Positions 1-10,245 are shown, counted from the first letter of the stretch. The stretch: 64,000 nucleotides of DNA from an uncultured delta proteobacterium (GCA_963794325.1 CAWCDG010000002.1:224001-288000), one strand, 5' to 3'. Made by a program: numbers and translations. Notes: generated by a model from the letters alone, not told the origin.

Positions 1-3000
1 GCGGCGTTGGGTTTGAGCGAAACGGTAGTCCGCAAGGCCGCGCATGGATCCATCGCGGCGCCAGCCTTGGCGGACAACGGATTGCCCGCTGCGAGGGCGG
101 CGGGATTGTCGAGCGTTCCGTTACGGCCGAGAAACGCGGTTCGGTCCGCCGTCCATGACAGTGGATTGCCGCGCAAGTCGGCGAATGCGACCCGGCTTCC
201 GTACTCGATGCTGAAAGAGTTGTGCGCGAGTATCGCGTGAGTTTCGGGCTCGGTTTCGGTGACGATGTATGGGGCGGAGGCGCCGCGCGAAGTGCCGAGC
301 ACCCATTCAACGTACGCGGTGACCGACAGACGCCTCGCGCGCGGCGTGAGATTTCGAATCTTCAGCCGCGAAATTTTGATCGAGTCGTCCAGCGGCACAT
401 ACTGCGTCAGCTCGAGTGAAATTCCGTGCGAGGTATGCTCGAAGACGGTGTAGCCGTGGCCGTGACGAACGACGTACGGGGCGCCATCCTCGCGGATTGG
501 CAACGCGGTCGGTCCCCACAGTTCGCCGGTATCGAGGTCCTGAACGTAGAGCACCTCGCCCGGACGATCGGCCACTGGATCGTTTGACCATTGCGTAATC
601 TGATGCTGCTGACTGTTGATTGCCCAGGTGTAACCCGCGCCTTCGACCGAAACCTGGAAGCCGAATGAGGCATTCGCGATCACGTTGATCCACGGCGCCG
701 GCGTCCATTGTCCTTCGCCGAGAATCGTTACGTACTCATTGCCGTCGGCGGCAAACCCGCCAAGCCCGTTGAAAAATTCGAGGTCGCGCCGCGGCATGAC
801 GACATCCGCGCGTCGTATCGCGGCAGTTCGACGCGGCGGCGGCCCGGCCGCGGGCTCGAACATCTCGATCCGTTTGACCTGCTCGGACAGGGTCCCGCGG
901 CGGCTGAGCAACACCGCCCGCGCCACGGTCTGCAGAACGCTGCGCAGCTCGGCCGACACGAGGTCGACGCGCAGCACGAAGACATTTCCATACGAGGTTT
1001 GCCCATCCGCCGGCACCGGCGCGCTCCGGACAAGACCCTCGAGCGCGGACTGGAGTTCCTGATGGTACGACGGCGGGCGCTCGTTCAGTATCACGAGATC
1101 GACGGCGAGCCGCTTCATCCGCCAGTACTCGTGCGCGCGGACCAGCTCACGCACGATCTCCATATCCTCGGTCTCGTCGATTCGCACGAGCACGATGGGC
1201 AGGTCGCCTGAAATTCCCGCCGGCCATAGCTTCGATTGTCCACCCTCGCCGCGCCGCAGCAGGTCGGACGAAGGGCGCAGCGTCGGGTCGGAATAGATCA
1301 CGCGATTGGCGATGCGCTGAAAAAGATGCGCTTCGTCGGCGTCAACCCGCAGGTGATGCAGTTGCACTTGCGCCTGCGTCCACGCCAGCGTCACCGCGCG
1401 TTCGAAGGCGTTCGAGTCGCGATGCTTGTCGACCAGGTCGAGCGCTTCGGTGCGCGACGGTGCGATGATAGTCCAGAACGCGACGCGCGCCGTCGCGCCG
1501 GCCGGGATGCGCACACGACGGCGAACGCTGAAGATCGGATCGAGCACGGTGCCGACAGTATCCGAGAGCGGCCGCCCGTCGATCACCGAAACAGCGTCGC
1601 GGAGGTTGCGCCCGCGCCCAAGAAATCGCGCGCGGTCGGTCTCGAATTGCATCTCTCCTACCGACTCACCCTGGACCACCGCCAGATGCGCCGCCCAGAC
1701 CGGCACTTCGGTGGGCGAGCGGAGTCGCCGCGTGGCGAGAATCGCGCCGGCTTCGGCGTCGAACTCCGTCTGCACGAACATCTTGGAGAAGGCCGGATGC
1801 GCAGTGTCGGACGCCTCGGTCGCCAGCACGATTTCAGCGTACGAGGTCAGCTCGACTTCGCGCATGCGAGTGCCAAGATTGGAAATCGATACGCGCCGCA
1901 CTTCGGCGTCGTCCTCGGCCGACACTGCGACTTCGAGCGTGGTCGTCATGATGCCGTCGCGCCGCACGATTTCCGCGCGGTCCTCGGAGAACTCGACTTC
2001 GTAGCTGTCCGCCTCGACGCCGGCAGGCTGGAAACCGGCCGACCAAACCTTGCCGCTCTGCACATCGCGAACGAAGATGTAGGAACCCCACGAATCGCAG
2101 GTGACGTCTTCGCGCCATCGGGTGACCGCCATCTCGCGCCAGCGGCTGAAGCCCGATCCGGCCGCGGTGATCATCACGGTATAGTTGCCGTTGGACAGCA
2201 AATGGGTGCGCGGGATCAGATCGTGCGGCGAGTGGAAGCGGCGAACGGTGGGCGGAGCGATCTCGCGAATATTGACGTCCGCCTCGGCCTCTTCGGCCCG
2301 TGGGCGCGCCACCGCGACATCGCGCGGCGTCCGCTCCTGCAGCAATAACTCGGTCGCCTGAATAATAGGTTCGGCGTGAAATCGCGCGCGCATCACGCCA
2401 CGGTTGAGCGCGTCTGCAATCGCCACCAGCGTCATGCCCTGGTGATGCGCCATGTATGCGCGCACGACGGCAACGCTCTGGCCTTCGGGCACGCGCGACG
2501 GCGTGTAGTCCAGCGCCTCGTACCAGCCAAAATGACCGAGGCCGCCCGCGGCCAGCAGCGCCGAGAAGTTTTGTGCGGCAGCCTCCGGATCGACCATCGC
2601 CGCCAGCGCCGTCGCGTACGGTGCGATCACTGCGTTCTCGCTCAGCCCGCGCTTGAGTCCGAGTCCGGGCACGCCGAAGTTCGAGTACTGATAGGTGAGC
2701 TCGAGGTCGCGCGCGTTGTAGGCGGACTCCGAGATTCCCCACGGCATCCCGAGCTCGGCGCCATACTTCATCTGACGGCGCACCACCAGCCGACTGGTCT
2801 GCTCGAGCAGGCTGCCGACCGGCGCGCGCATCACCAGCGAGGGCATCAGGTACTCGAACATCGAGCCCGACCACGAGATAAGAGCCGATCCGCGATCGAC
2901 CGGCGTCATCGCGCGTCCGAGCCGGAACCAGTGCCGCGCTGGAACTTCACCCTTCGCGATTGCGACGAAACTTGCGAGCCGCGCCTCCGACGCAAGCAGG

Positions 3001-6000
3001 TCGTAACAATTTGATTCGAGGCTCCCGTCAGTGACGCGGTAGCCAATCGAAAGAAGTTGGCGCGCGGGATCGAGCAGGAAGTCGAACTTCATGGCATCGA
3101 ACATCTTGCCCACGGTCGCGGCGAGTTCGGTGATGCGCCGCTCGAGCGCTACCGCCGCCTCGCCCATGTGTGCGACGGCGGCTTGATCGATCGTTGAGGG
3201 CTGGTTGGCGGCTCCGTTGTACAGATCCGGCAGATCGCCCAGCGCCGGTATCGAGTCGAGCGCCGTCCGATCGCTTGCCAAGGGCTTCAACAATTCGACG
3301 TCGCGTTGATGACTGCCGATGCACGCTCGCAGCGCCTCCGCCCGTGCGAGCACATCGTCGGCCGCCGGGTCGTCGCGCTCGAGCTTCAACGCGCGCGCGA
3401 TGTCGGTGATTGAATCGCTGTCGGCTGCGAGTTCCTCGAACTTTGCGCGCAACTGTGACGCGGTATGCGGATTCGACGCGATCAAACGCGCCATGGTATC
3501 GAGCGCCTCCGCGAGCTGCTTTGGCGTGACGGTGTGACTGCGCCGGTCGTCGCGCAAACCACCCAGCGACTCGCGCAGGAGCGCGATGGAGTCTTCGATC
3601 CCGTTGAGCCAATTCCGGTCCACCACCGGCCGCGCGATCATCTCGCGCAATGCGTTGCCGAGCGCGATCAGATGTCCCGCGAGGTTGCCGCTGTCCACCG
3701 ACGACACGTATTTCGGATCCAGCGGCCGCAGGTCGCGCGTGCCGTACCAGTTGTAGAAATGACCGCGAAACTGCTCCATCCGCTTCATTGTGTCGAGCGT
3801 CGCGCCCAGCCGATCGACGGTCTCAAACGTTCCGATCCAGCCGAAGTCGTGAGCCGCGATGACCGACAGCAGATACAGGCCGAGGTTGGTGGGCGACGTC
3901 CGATGCGCCAGCACGGGCTTCGGGTCTTCCTGAAAATTGTCCGGCGGCAGCATATTGTCTTCGGCGGTCACGAACTTCTCAAAAAATTGCCACGTCCGGC
4001 GCGCGGTCAGGCGAAGCGTCATCGTGTCGGCGGGCGATAGCGGGGTTGCGCCCGCGATCGGCGGCGGCAAGCTGACCCATCGCGCGACTGCCGGCGAGAG
4101 CATCCACAAAATCACGAAGGGCGCGGCAACCATTGCGCCGCCGCGACCTTCGAAAGCGACCAAGACCGCGGCCGCCGATGCCAGGACTATTGCGCCAGCC
4201 ATCGTCGCGTAAAACCCGCGAACATCGAGACGCCTGGTCCCCTTCGCCTGCGCCGCAGTCGTCCACTCGAGCATCAACCGATGACTCACGTACACGCGGT
4301 AAAGAGTTCGCGAAATTGCGTCGGTCATCAGCCAGGCCTGATGCGCGAGCAGCATCAGCATCATCGCGAGCTGCGACATTCCTCCAACGAAATCCTTGGC
4401 GACGGCGAGGATATGGCTGCGCTTGGAGATGTCTCGGCGTCGCGGGATGATTCCGGTCACGAACGGGAGCATCGGCGCCGTCGCGATCGTCGCGACAATG
4501 AACGCGGTCCACATCGCGGCGGCGGCCAGCGGCAACGTCCACCCAGCGACCAACGCCAGGAACACGAATGGCGCCGACAGCGTGCGGCGCAGGTTGTCGA
4601 TCATTTTCCAGCGCCCGAGCGGCGGCATCGACGATCGGCGCTCACGCGGCTGCAAACCAGCCGGGTCGGCGTCGGAAGCGTGCGCACGGCCGAGAATCCA
4701 CGGCAGCAGTTGCCAGTCGCCGCGGGCCCATCGATGCTGCCTGCCTGCGGCAACGTCATAACGCGACGGAAACTCCTCGACCAGTTCGATGTCGGAGGCC
4801 AATCCCGAGCGCGCAAAAGTTCCTTCGAAAAGATCGTGGCTCAGGAGCGTGTCGTGGGGAACGCGGCCCGCGAGCGCGGCCTCGAACACATCGACATCGT
4901 AAATCCCCTTGCCGCTGTACGAACCTTCATCGAGCAGATCTTCGTACACGTCGGAGACGGCGAAGGCGTAAGGATCGATTCCCGCAGCGCTCGAGAACAC
5001 CCGCTGGAAAACCGATCCGTCGCGCCCGGTCGGCAGTGACGCAGTGATTCGCGGCTGAAGAACTGCGTGGCCTTCGACCACCCGGCCGAGTTCCCGGTCG
5101 AATAGTGGGGCGTTCAGCGGATGCGCCATTTTGCCTACCATCCGCTTCGCGGCGCCGCGCGGAAGACGCGTGTCGGCGTCGAGCGTGATCACGTAGCGCA
5201 CGCCGTCGGGGACTGCCGGCGGGTGCCCGTCTGAGGCGACGAACGTCGTATCGGTTCCGCCGCGCAGCAGGCGATTCAGTTCGTGCAGCTTTCCGCGTTT
5301 GCGCTCCCGACCCATCCACACGCCTTCAGCTTCATCCCATGCACGCCGGCGATGGAGCAGCAAGAATCGCGGGCTGGCCAGTCCCGGTCCGTGACGCTGA
5401 TTCAGGCGCGCGATTCCCACCGCCGCCGCGGCCAGCAGATCCTCGTCGCCGAGCGCAGCTTCGGTTGCAGAGTCGGTCCAGTCCGACAAGAGTGCGAAAT
5501 ACAGCTCGCCGTCCGGACTTGCCAGGTAATGAACCTCGAGACGCTCGATCTGCTCATCTATCTCGGCGCGCGTAGTCAACAGAGTCGGCATAACGACTAT
5601 CGTGCGCAGACTCGCCGGCACACCGTCGAGAAGTTCGAGCGCGGGAATCATGGCCGGACCGATGACGGTCGTGACGGCGCGGTTGACGATCGCGACCGCC
5701 GCGTCCATCGCCGGAATTATCGCGAGCATCGCCAGAATGAACCGGGTCCGTTCACCGATGTGAACGCCGGCAATCGCAAACAGGCCGTCCCCGACGATGA
5801 CTGCGGTGACGACCGCGATGGTGCCGAGGTATCCCTTGATTCCAGCGGCTGCGTTGGCGCGAGCAATCCAGTCGCGGACCGGCGCCCGAAATCCCAACTT
5901 CGCTTCGAGCGCGCGGCGACCTTCAGAAATAAGGTAGTAGCCCGGATGATTTCTGCGACGCGCGATCACTCCGTCGCCATTCGGCGGTTCAGCCGTCGCA

Positions 6001-7079
6001 CTTTTTGCCGATTCGATCGCGCACTGTGCAACCTCGATTTCGGTATGTCCCGAACCTAGCGCAAGTTTTTCGATCGCATGGCGGTAGCGATCGCGCGTGG
6101 CAAAATCCATCGCGCCAAAGTCGCTGTCGGTGCGCAGCACCGCGTCCACCTGGCTCACGCTCTCGAAGAAATCCGCCCAATCGACCGCCGACATCAGGCG
6201 CATGCTGGTGATAACGTTGCGCACCGTCACGTTCATCGCGCCCTGTCCCTGATGCACCTGGCGCACGATCTCTTCGGCGGTGGTTCCTTCCTCCGCCAGC
6301 CGCCGGTGCAGCCAATCCAGCGCAGGCGTCACTTTGGAATCCTGATCGCGCAGGCGCTGAACCATCTCGACCGCGAACGCCGCCGCAATCGGCGACCGAT
6401 CGAAATCCTTGAACACGGCGTCGGCCGGCTCCGGGTCGCGGCCGTTCGATCCCAACAGGCGGTCCGCGAGTGCGTCCGCCTTTTGGCGTTGCGCACGGCC
6501 GCGGCCAATCTCCTCGGCCCCGCGCCGCAAATTTTCGACCAGCACGATTCGAAGCGTGATCGCCACCGCCCACAGTTCGCCGATAGTCAGCGGCTGCACG
6601 CGCTGGTAAGCCTGCACGAACCTCACGAGCATCTGCGTATCGAAGTGACTGTCGGTATGCGCGACGTAGGCCCACGCGATTCCGAACACGCGCGGATACC
6701 CTTCCAGCGGACCCTCCGCGAGCTTGGGCAGTTGCCGGTAGAATCCGCGCGGCAGGTCGTCGCGAATTTCGCGAATCTGCTCTTCGACCACGTGAAAATT
6801 GTCGACCAGCCACTCCGCCGCCGGCGTGATTGCACGCTCCTCACGAATCGCGACCGCGGTACTCCGATATGCGTCGAGCAGTACGCGTCCGTTTTCCCGC
6901 ACGCGCGCCACTATCGGCCTGCCGCGCCCCGGAGAGTCCGTCACGCGCTGCGCTACCGCGAGCGTCTCGCCGTGCTGCTCGAGGCGCTCGACGCTGAACA
7001 GTTCTGCTCGGATAGGCTCTTCGGGATGCGCGAAGCCGGGCGGCGGTGCTTTAGGCGAACGGAGAAACAACAGACTCAA
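1..7079 (-). CDS. ndvB: cyclic beta-1,2-glucan synthase (Cgs/NdvB; GT84 + GH94-like), 3' end runs off window
   Basis: Absent from the ORF track because it has no stop in the window. TTG start at 7079 after a GAGGG RBS gives MSLLFLRSPKAPPPGFAHPEEPIRAELFSVERLEQHGETLA. Typical internal motifs: WMGRERKRGKL, YSGKGIYDVD, LLSHDLFEG, QHRWARGDWQLL, RTSPTNLGLY, ISWSGSMFEYLMP. The same frame reads GAAMDPCAALRTTVSL at the window edge. Confidence 0.93.
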   Translation of the reverse strand, partial: MSLLFLRSPKAPPPGFAHPEEPIRAELFSVERLEQHGETLAVAQRVTDSPGRGRPIVARVRENGRVLLDAYRSTAVAIREERAITPAAEWLVDNFHVVEEQIREIRDDLPRGFYRQLPKLAEGPLEGYPRVFGIAWAYVAHTDSHFDTQMLVRFVQAYQRVQPLTIGELWAVAITLRIVLVENLRRGAEEIGRGRAQRQKADALADRLLGSNGRDPEPADAVFKDFDRSPIAAAFAVEMVQRLRDQDSKVTPALDWLHRRLAEEGTTAEEIVRQVHQGQGAMNVTVRNVITSMRLMSAVDWADFFESVSQVDAVLRTDSDFGAMDFATRDRYRHAIEKLALGSGHTEIEVAQCAIESAKSATAEPPNGDGVIARRRNHPGYYLISEGRRALEAKLGFRAPVRDWIARANAAAGIKGYLGTIAVVTAVIVGDGLFAIAGVHIGERTRFILAMLAIIPAMDAAVAIVNRAVTTVIGPAMIPALELLDGVPASLRTIVVMPTLLTTRAEIDEQIERLEVHYLASPDGELYFALLSDWTDSATEAALGDEDLLAAAAVGIARLNQRHGPGLASPRFLLLHRRRAWDEAEGVWMGRERKRGKLHELNRLLRGGTDTTFVASDGHPPAVPDGVRYVITLDADTRLPRGAAKRMVGKMAHPLNAPLFDRELGRVVEGHAVLQPRITASLPTGRDGSVFQRVFSSAAGIDPYAFAVSDVYEDLLDEGSYSGKGIYDVDVFEAALAGRVPHDTLLSHDLFEGTFARSGLASDIELVEEFPSRYDVAAGRQHRWARGDWQLLPWILGRAHASDADPAGLQPRERRSSMPPLGRWKMIDNLRRTLSAPFVFLALVAGWTLPLAAAAMWTAFIVATIATAPMLPFVTGIIPRRRDISKRSHILAVAKDFVGGMSQLAMMLMLLAHQAWLMTDAISRTLYRVYVSHRLMLEWTTAAQAKGTRRLDVRGFYATMAGAIVLASAAAVLVAFEGRGGAMVAAPFVILWMLSPAVARWVSLPPPIAGATPLSPADTMTLRLTARRTWQFFEKFVTAEDNMLPPDNFQEDPKPVLAHRTSPTNLGLYLLSVIAAHDFGWIGTFETVDRLGATLDTMKRMEQFRGHFYNWYGTRDLRPLDPKYVSSVDSGNLAGHLIALGNALREMIARPVVDRNWLNGIEDSIALLRESLGGLRDDRRSHTVTPKQLAEALDTMARLIASNPHTASQLRAKFEELAADSDSITDIARALKLERDDPAADDVLARAEALRACIGSHQRDVELLKPLASDRTALDSIPALGDLPDLYNGAANQPSTIDQAAVAHMGEAAVALERRITELAATVGKMFDAMKFDFLLDPARQLLSIGYRVTDGSLESNCYDLLASEARLASFVAIAKGEVPARHWFRLGRAMTPVDRGSALISWSGSMFEYLMPSLVMRAPVGSLLEQTSRLVVRRQMKYGAELGMPWGISESAYNARDLELTYQYSNFGVPGLGLKRGLSENAVIAPYATALAAMVDPEAAAQNFSALLAAGGLGHFGWYEALDYTPSRVPEGQSVAVVRAYMAHHQGMTLVAIADALNRGVMRARFHAEPIIQATELLLQERTPRDVAVARPRAEEAEADVNIREIAPPTVRRFHSPHDLIPRTHLLSNGNYTVMITAAGSGFSRWREMAVTRWREDVTCDSWGSYIFVRDVQSGKVWSAGFQPAGVEADSYEVEFSEDRAEIVRRDGIMTTTLEVAVSAEDDAEVRRVSISNLGTRMREVELTSYAEIVLATEASDTAHPAFSKMFVQTEFDAEAGAILATRRLRSPTEVPVWAAHLAVVQGESVGEMQFETDRARFLGRGRNLRDAVSVIDGRPLSDTVGTVLDPIFSVRRRVRIPAGATARVAFWTIIAPSRTEALDLVDKHRDSNAFERAVTLAWTQAQVQLHHLRVDADEAHLFQRIANRVIYSDPTLRPSSDLLRRGEGGQSKLWPAGISGDLPIVLVRIDETEDMEIVRELVRAHEYWRMKRLAVDLVILNERPPSYHQELQSALEGLVRSAPVPADGQTSYGNVFVLRVDLVSAELRSVLQTVARAVLLSRRGTLSEQVKRIEMFEPAAGPPPRRTAAIRRADVVMPRRDLEFFNGLGGFAADGNEYVTILGEGQWTPAPWINVIANASFGFQVSVEGAGYTWAINSQQHQITQWSNDPVADRPGEVLYVQDLDTGELWGPTALPIREDGAPYVVRHGHGYTVFEHTSHGISLELTQYVPLDDSIKISRLKIRNLTPRARRLSVTAYVEWVLGTSRGASAPYIVTETEPETHAILAHNSFSIEYGSRVAFADLRGNPLSWTADRTAFLGRNGTLDNPAALAAGNPLSAKAGAAMDPCAALRTTVSLKPNA

Positions 7080-7121
7080 ATTTGGCCCTCTATCCGAATG
7101 ACCGGCTACGAGATGTACTAA

Positions 7122-7193
7122 ACGCTTGAGCGGCGCCGCTCGACGTGGCGGATGGATCGCGATAGTGCGCCGCCTAGCCTAGCAGAACGCGGA
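7122..7193. repeat. ~72-bp imperfect direct repeat, copy 1 (copy 2 at 8388-8459)
   Basis: acgcttgagcggcgccgc..cgacg...gatcgcgatagtg.gccgcct...cagaacgcgga is present at both positions. Confidence 0.85.
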
Positions 7194-7286
7194 TGGAGAA
7201 CCTCGACTTCGGCTCCTGCCCGATTTACGTACAGGCATGGCGGCCTACCGCGTCGGTCGTCGATTCGCAGCGAGGAGAGGCTCCTC

Positions 7287-7790
7287 CTAACTTTTCTGAG
7301 AGCTATCGAAAGTCGCAGGCGACGCGTCCTTATCGGCGTGATTCATCGGCTTAGGCTGCAATTTCGCGATTTCCCTTGTGATACAAGTTCTCTCTTCTGC
7401 GATCTTTCTTTGCGCATCCTGAGCAACGACAAAGGCATAGGTTGCTTGATCCAATTCCCTCTGAAAGCTACTGACAGTCTCGCGCGCTGACAGCGAATCC
7501 AGAACAGCTTGCGTCCTCGCGTTGTAGAAGCTGGTCAATTTTTCCTGCATCGGCGCCGAATGATCGTCTGGACGAGTATTCAGATAACTCAGCCAGTCGA
7601 TGTATGCCTGGCGCGCTTTGCTTTCCTCAAGGACAGCCAGGTCCACGCGTTCCTGCGCGGCCTGAACGTTAGCCCTTGCTCTTTCCAGCTGAGTCCGGCA
7701 CTCCGCCGAACGTCTGTCGCTGGCTGCGATTCGCTCCGTCGCCAGCCTGAGCATTTCGTTAAACGTTATGAGACGCGTGTCGCAAGGCAT
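7287..7790 (-). CDS. hypothetical coiled-coil protein, long paralogue
   Basis: 167-aa helical ORF. The N-terminus MPCDTRLITxNEMLRLATE and the segment ARETVSSFQRELD are shared with 9893-10210. Confidence 0.65.
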   Translation of the reverse strand: MPCDTRLITFNEMLRLATERIAASDRRSAECRTQLERARANVQAAQERVDLAVLEESKARQAYIDWLSYLNTRPDDHSAPMQEKLTSFYNARTQAVLDSLSARETVSSFQRELDQATYAFVVAQDAQRKIAEERTCITREIAKLQPKPMNHADKDASPATFDSSQKS

Positions 7791-7830
7791 ATCAATTATT
7801 TGCCCTTTACACCTTGGTCAGATTTTTCGG

Positions 7831-8010
7831 CTATTTTTTCGCCCGCCTGTTTACAACACTCGTCGCCTTATCGATCCCGCGCTCCACGACGTCTTTGATC
7901 TTGCCGGTGGCTTGATCCACCTTTCCTTCGTTCTTCAGACGGCGGTCATCCGTCAAAACTCCAACTGCTTCTTTCACACGGCCTTTGATCTTGTCGCTTG
8001 TTCCACTCAT
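7831..8010 (-). CDS. CsbD family stress protein (copy 1)
   Basis: Read by hand: MSGTSDKIKGRVKEAVGVLTDDRRLKNEGKVDQATGKIKDVVERGIDKATSVVNRRAKK*. GAGGAG RBS. CsbD pattern K.KG..KE..G..T.D..L..EG..DQ..G. Confidence 0.9.
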   Translation of the reverse strand: MSGTSDKIKGRVKEAVGVLTDDRRLKNEGKVDQATGKIKDVVERGIDKATSVVNRRAKK

Positions 8011-8049
8011 CGCGTTGTTCTCCTCTTGGTCAAATCATTGCTTGGATAT

Positions 8050-8390
8050 AGTTCCCGGTCGCCTCAATGGTCAGCAGGCTCACTCCACACCGATCGTCCG
8101 GCCATGGAGATGAGTCTTTGGGAAGGTTTTTCCGCTCGAATTGTAGACGATATCACCGAGCGGTTTTTTGCACCACCAAATGTATCGCGCGGAACTATTT
8201 AATGTTCTCCTGGATACAGATGAGCGGACTCGGAAGAGCCAGGAATCTATCTTGAATCGCAGACCGACGATTTATCGCGCGAGATGGGTTGAGTGCTTAG
8301 GCCGGGGGCAGCCTGCGGTTCCGAGTGTTCGAATCACGTCGCGATCTCCAACGAGCGCCTTCTGCACCGCGTCGGTCGTCGACCCGCACG
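8050..8390. repeat. degenerate duplicate of 12010-13508 with large deletions; includes conserved non-coding block
   Basis: Retains short pieces of the DUF3309 gene (atggtcagcaggctca.tccac) and of the Crp upstream region. 8251-8363 is nearly identical to 13374-13485. Confidence 0.85.
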
Positions 8391-8459
8391 CTTGAGCGGC
8401 GCCGCCCCGACGCGACGAACGATCGCGATAGTGTGCCGCCTCGCTTATCAGAACGCGGA
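8388..8459. repeat. ~72-bp imperfect direct repeat, copy 2
   Basis: Matches 7122-7193. Confidence 0.85.
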
Positions 8460-8470
8460 CGAGGAAGCCG

Positions 8471-8695
8471 TCACCGCCTCTGGTAGAGGCCGGCGCCGAT
8501 AAGGACCACACCCAATACTAATGCGCCGGCGCTCAAAGCCTGCGGAACCACATGCGTGGATTGCTCGGTGTTCTGTATTTTAAGACTTCCGACATTTACC
8601 ACGTCCTTTGTTTGCGAGGTCGTGAACACCGGAATCGCGAGACCCAAAATTCCTAGTGACGCAACCAGCAGACCGAGCCATGTAATCGATTTCAC
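8471..8695 (-). CDS. small two-TM membrane protein (DUF3185-like)
   Basis: 74 aa, GTG start with GGAG RBS. Two hydrophobic helices flank T..KDVVNVGSLKI...E...VP. Confidence 0.7.
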   Translation of the reverse strand: MKSITWLGLLVASLGILGLAIPVFTTSQTKDVVNVGSLKIQNTEQSTHVVPQALSAGALVLGVVLIGAGLYQRR

Positions 8696-8720
8696 AGTAT
8701 TACTCCACTAGACGCACCGC

Positions 8721-9860
8721 CTACGATTTGTCGTTGCCGTTGCCGTCGTGCGGCTTGGCCTGTTGCTGACCCGGCGGCGGCTGCTGATGTTCTGGCCGGG
8801 TCGTCGCCTGCTCTGGCTTCTGGTTCTGATCGTGAGCCGCTTGCTGTCGCTGGTTCTGCTGTTGGTTCTGCTGATTCTGCTGGTGCGCGGCCTGCTGCTG
8901 CTGAGTATTCTGCGGCTGCTGTTCGCGCGACGCCTGATGCTGCTGCTCCTGTTGCGGATTCTGCTGGCGCACGGCCTGCTGCTGCTGAGTATTCCGCGGC
9001 TGCTGTTCGCGCGACGCCTGACGCTGCTGCTCTTGTTGCTGATTCTGCTGATTCCGCTGATTCTGTTGATGCGCAGCCTGCTGTTGCTGAGCATTGCGCT
9101 GCTGTTGCTCCCGCTTCGCTTGCTGTTGCTGGTTCTGCTGATTTTGCTGGTGCGCGGCCTGCTCTTGCTGTTGAACGTTTCGCTGTTGCGGTTCGCGTGC
9201 TGCTTGCTGCCGCTGGTCCTGCTGTTGGTTCTGTTGTTTCGACGCTTGGGTTGTCCAATTCTTGTGTTGCTTGATCCAATCCGGATGACGACTATTCACC
9301 CAACCTGGATCCTTCTGGTACCACCATTGCCCGTAGTGCCATACGTGTTGTTGGTCGTAGTCGCCGTCACGATCACGCCAGCGCGGGACAAGTGAGACCC
9401 ATTCGGGGTGATTGTCATAGAACCAGTCGGGATTGTTCTGATGCCACCAATAGGCGTCGCGCCATTGGTGTTCGTCATCGTAGTCACCCCATTGTGTTTC
9501 GGCTGGTCCGGTTGACCAGTATTCGTTGTTCAGGGCCTGCCAGACATAGGGATGGTTTGCGAGGTACTGCTCTAACTGTGGATGCTGCCTGCGCCAATTG
9601 GGATTGTAGAGCAGCTCCGGATTCCGCGCGAGTACACGCGCGAGATCCGGATGATTTGCCAGAAACCAGCGAAAGCTTTGCTCTCTCTGATACTGTGGGA
9701 CATCGTTGAACCATGGATAGTAGTTAGAGAAGCCGGGCACCTGCGGCGTGCCAATCTGGATAGTGACCTGCGCCAGGGCAGGGGACGCGAGCGCAAGCGC
9801 GAACAGTGCCGCGCCGAACCACGCAATCGATTTCAGCTGAGTTTTTCTTGAGCGCGACAT
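8721..9860 (-). CDS. secreted protein with Trp/His/Asp-rich repeats and Gln-rich low-complexity tail
   Basis: AGGAGG RBS; signal peptide ending SPALA-Q. Repeats FLANHP/YLANHP and GDYD..H.W....WW....P.W....HP.W; about 150-aa polyQ-rich C-terminus. Confidence 0.85.
   Translation of the reverse strand: MSRSRKTQLKSIAWFGAALFALALASPALAQVTIQIGTPQVPGFSNYYPWFNDVPQYQREQSFRWFLANHPDLARVLARNPELLYNPNWRRQHPQLEQYLANHPYVWQALNNEYWSTGPAETQWGDYDDEHQWRDAYWWHQNNPDWFYDNHPEWVSLVPRWRDRDGDYDQQHVWHYGQWWYQKDPGWVNSRHPDWIKQHKNWTTQASKQQNQQQDQRQQAAREPQQRNVQQQEQAAHQQNQQNQQQQAKREQQQRNAQQQQAAHQQNQRNQQNQQQEQQRQASREQQPRNTQQQQAVRQQNPQQEQQHQASREQQPQNTQQQQAAHQQNQQNQQQNQRQQAAHDQNQKPEQATTRPEHQQPPPGQQQAKPHDGNGNDKS
8860..9250. repeat. 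intragenic Gln-encoding tandem repeats (~84-bp period)
   Basis: ggcctgctgctgctgagtattc..cggctgctgttcgcgcgacgcctga starts at 8889 and 8973, with further degenerate units to about 9250. Confidence 0.85.
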
Positions 9861-9892
9861 TTGCCTATCCTCCTGGGTTTGTCGTTTGAGAG

Positions 9893-10210
9893 CTATCGAG
9901 AGTCGAAGGAGCGTTTAGAGGGCGGCGGCGTGGAGTGAATTGATCGACTCAGACTGCTCAATTTCGCGATTTCGCTTTCAATGAGCTCTCTCTCTTCTGC
10001 GGTCTTTCTTTGCGCATCCCGAGCAAACGTAAAGGCGGCAGTTGCTTCATCCAATTCCCTTTGAAAGCTACTGACAGTCTCGCGCGCGTTAGCCCTTGCT
10101 CTTTCCAGTTGCGTCCGGCACTCGGCTAAATGCTTCTCGCCGGCCGACAGTTGTTCCGTCGCAAGCCTGAGCATTTCGTTAAGAGTTATGAGACGTGTGT
10201 CGCACGGCAT
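9893..10210 (-). CDS. hypothetical coiled-coil protein, short paralogue (60-aa in-frame deletion vs 7287-7790)
   Basis: MPCDTRLITLNEMLRLATEQ...ERARAN|ARETVSSFQRELD. Start chosen by homology to the long copy. Confidence 0.6.
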   Translation of the reverse strand: MPCDTRLITLNEMLRLATEQLSAGEKHLAECRTQLERARANARETVSSFQRELDEATAAFTFARDAQRKTAEERELIESEIAKLSSLSRSIHSTPPPSKRSFDSR

Positions 10211-10245
10211 GAGAATTATTTGCCTCAATTGATCGGATGACCGCC

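Noticed and set aside
7-7121. Many long plus-strand ORFs (e.g. 1236-2348, 6078-7121) and alternative minus frames
   Set aside because: Antisense or off-frame shadows of the single GC-rich ndvB frame.
8692-9395. Leu-rich, Ala-rich and Ser/Arg-rich ORFs
   Set aside because: Alternative readings of the CAG repeats of the Gln-rich gene.
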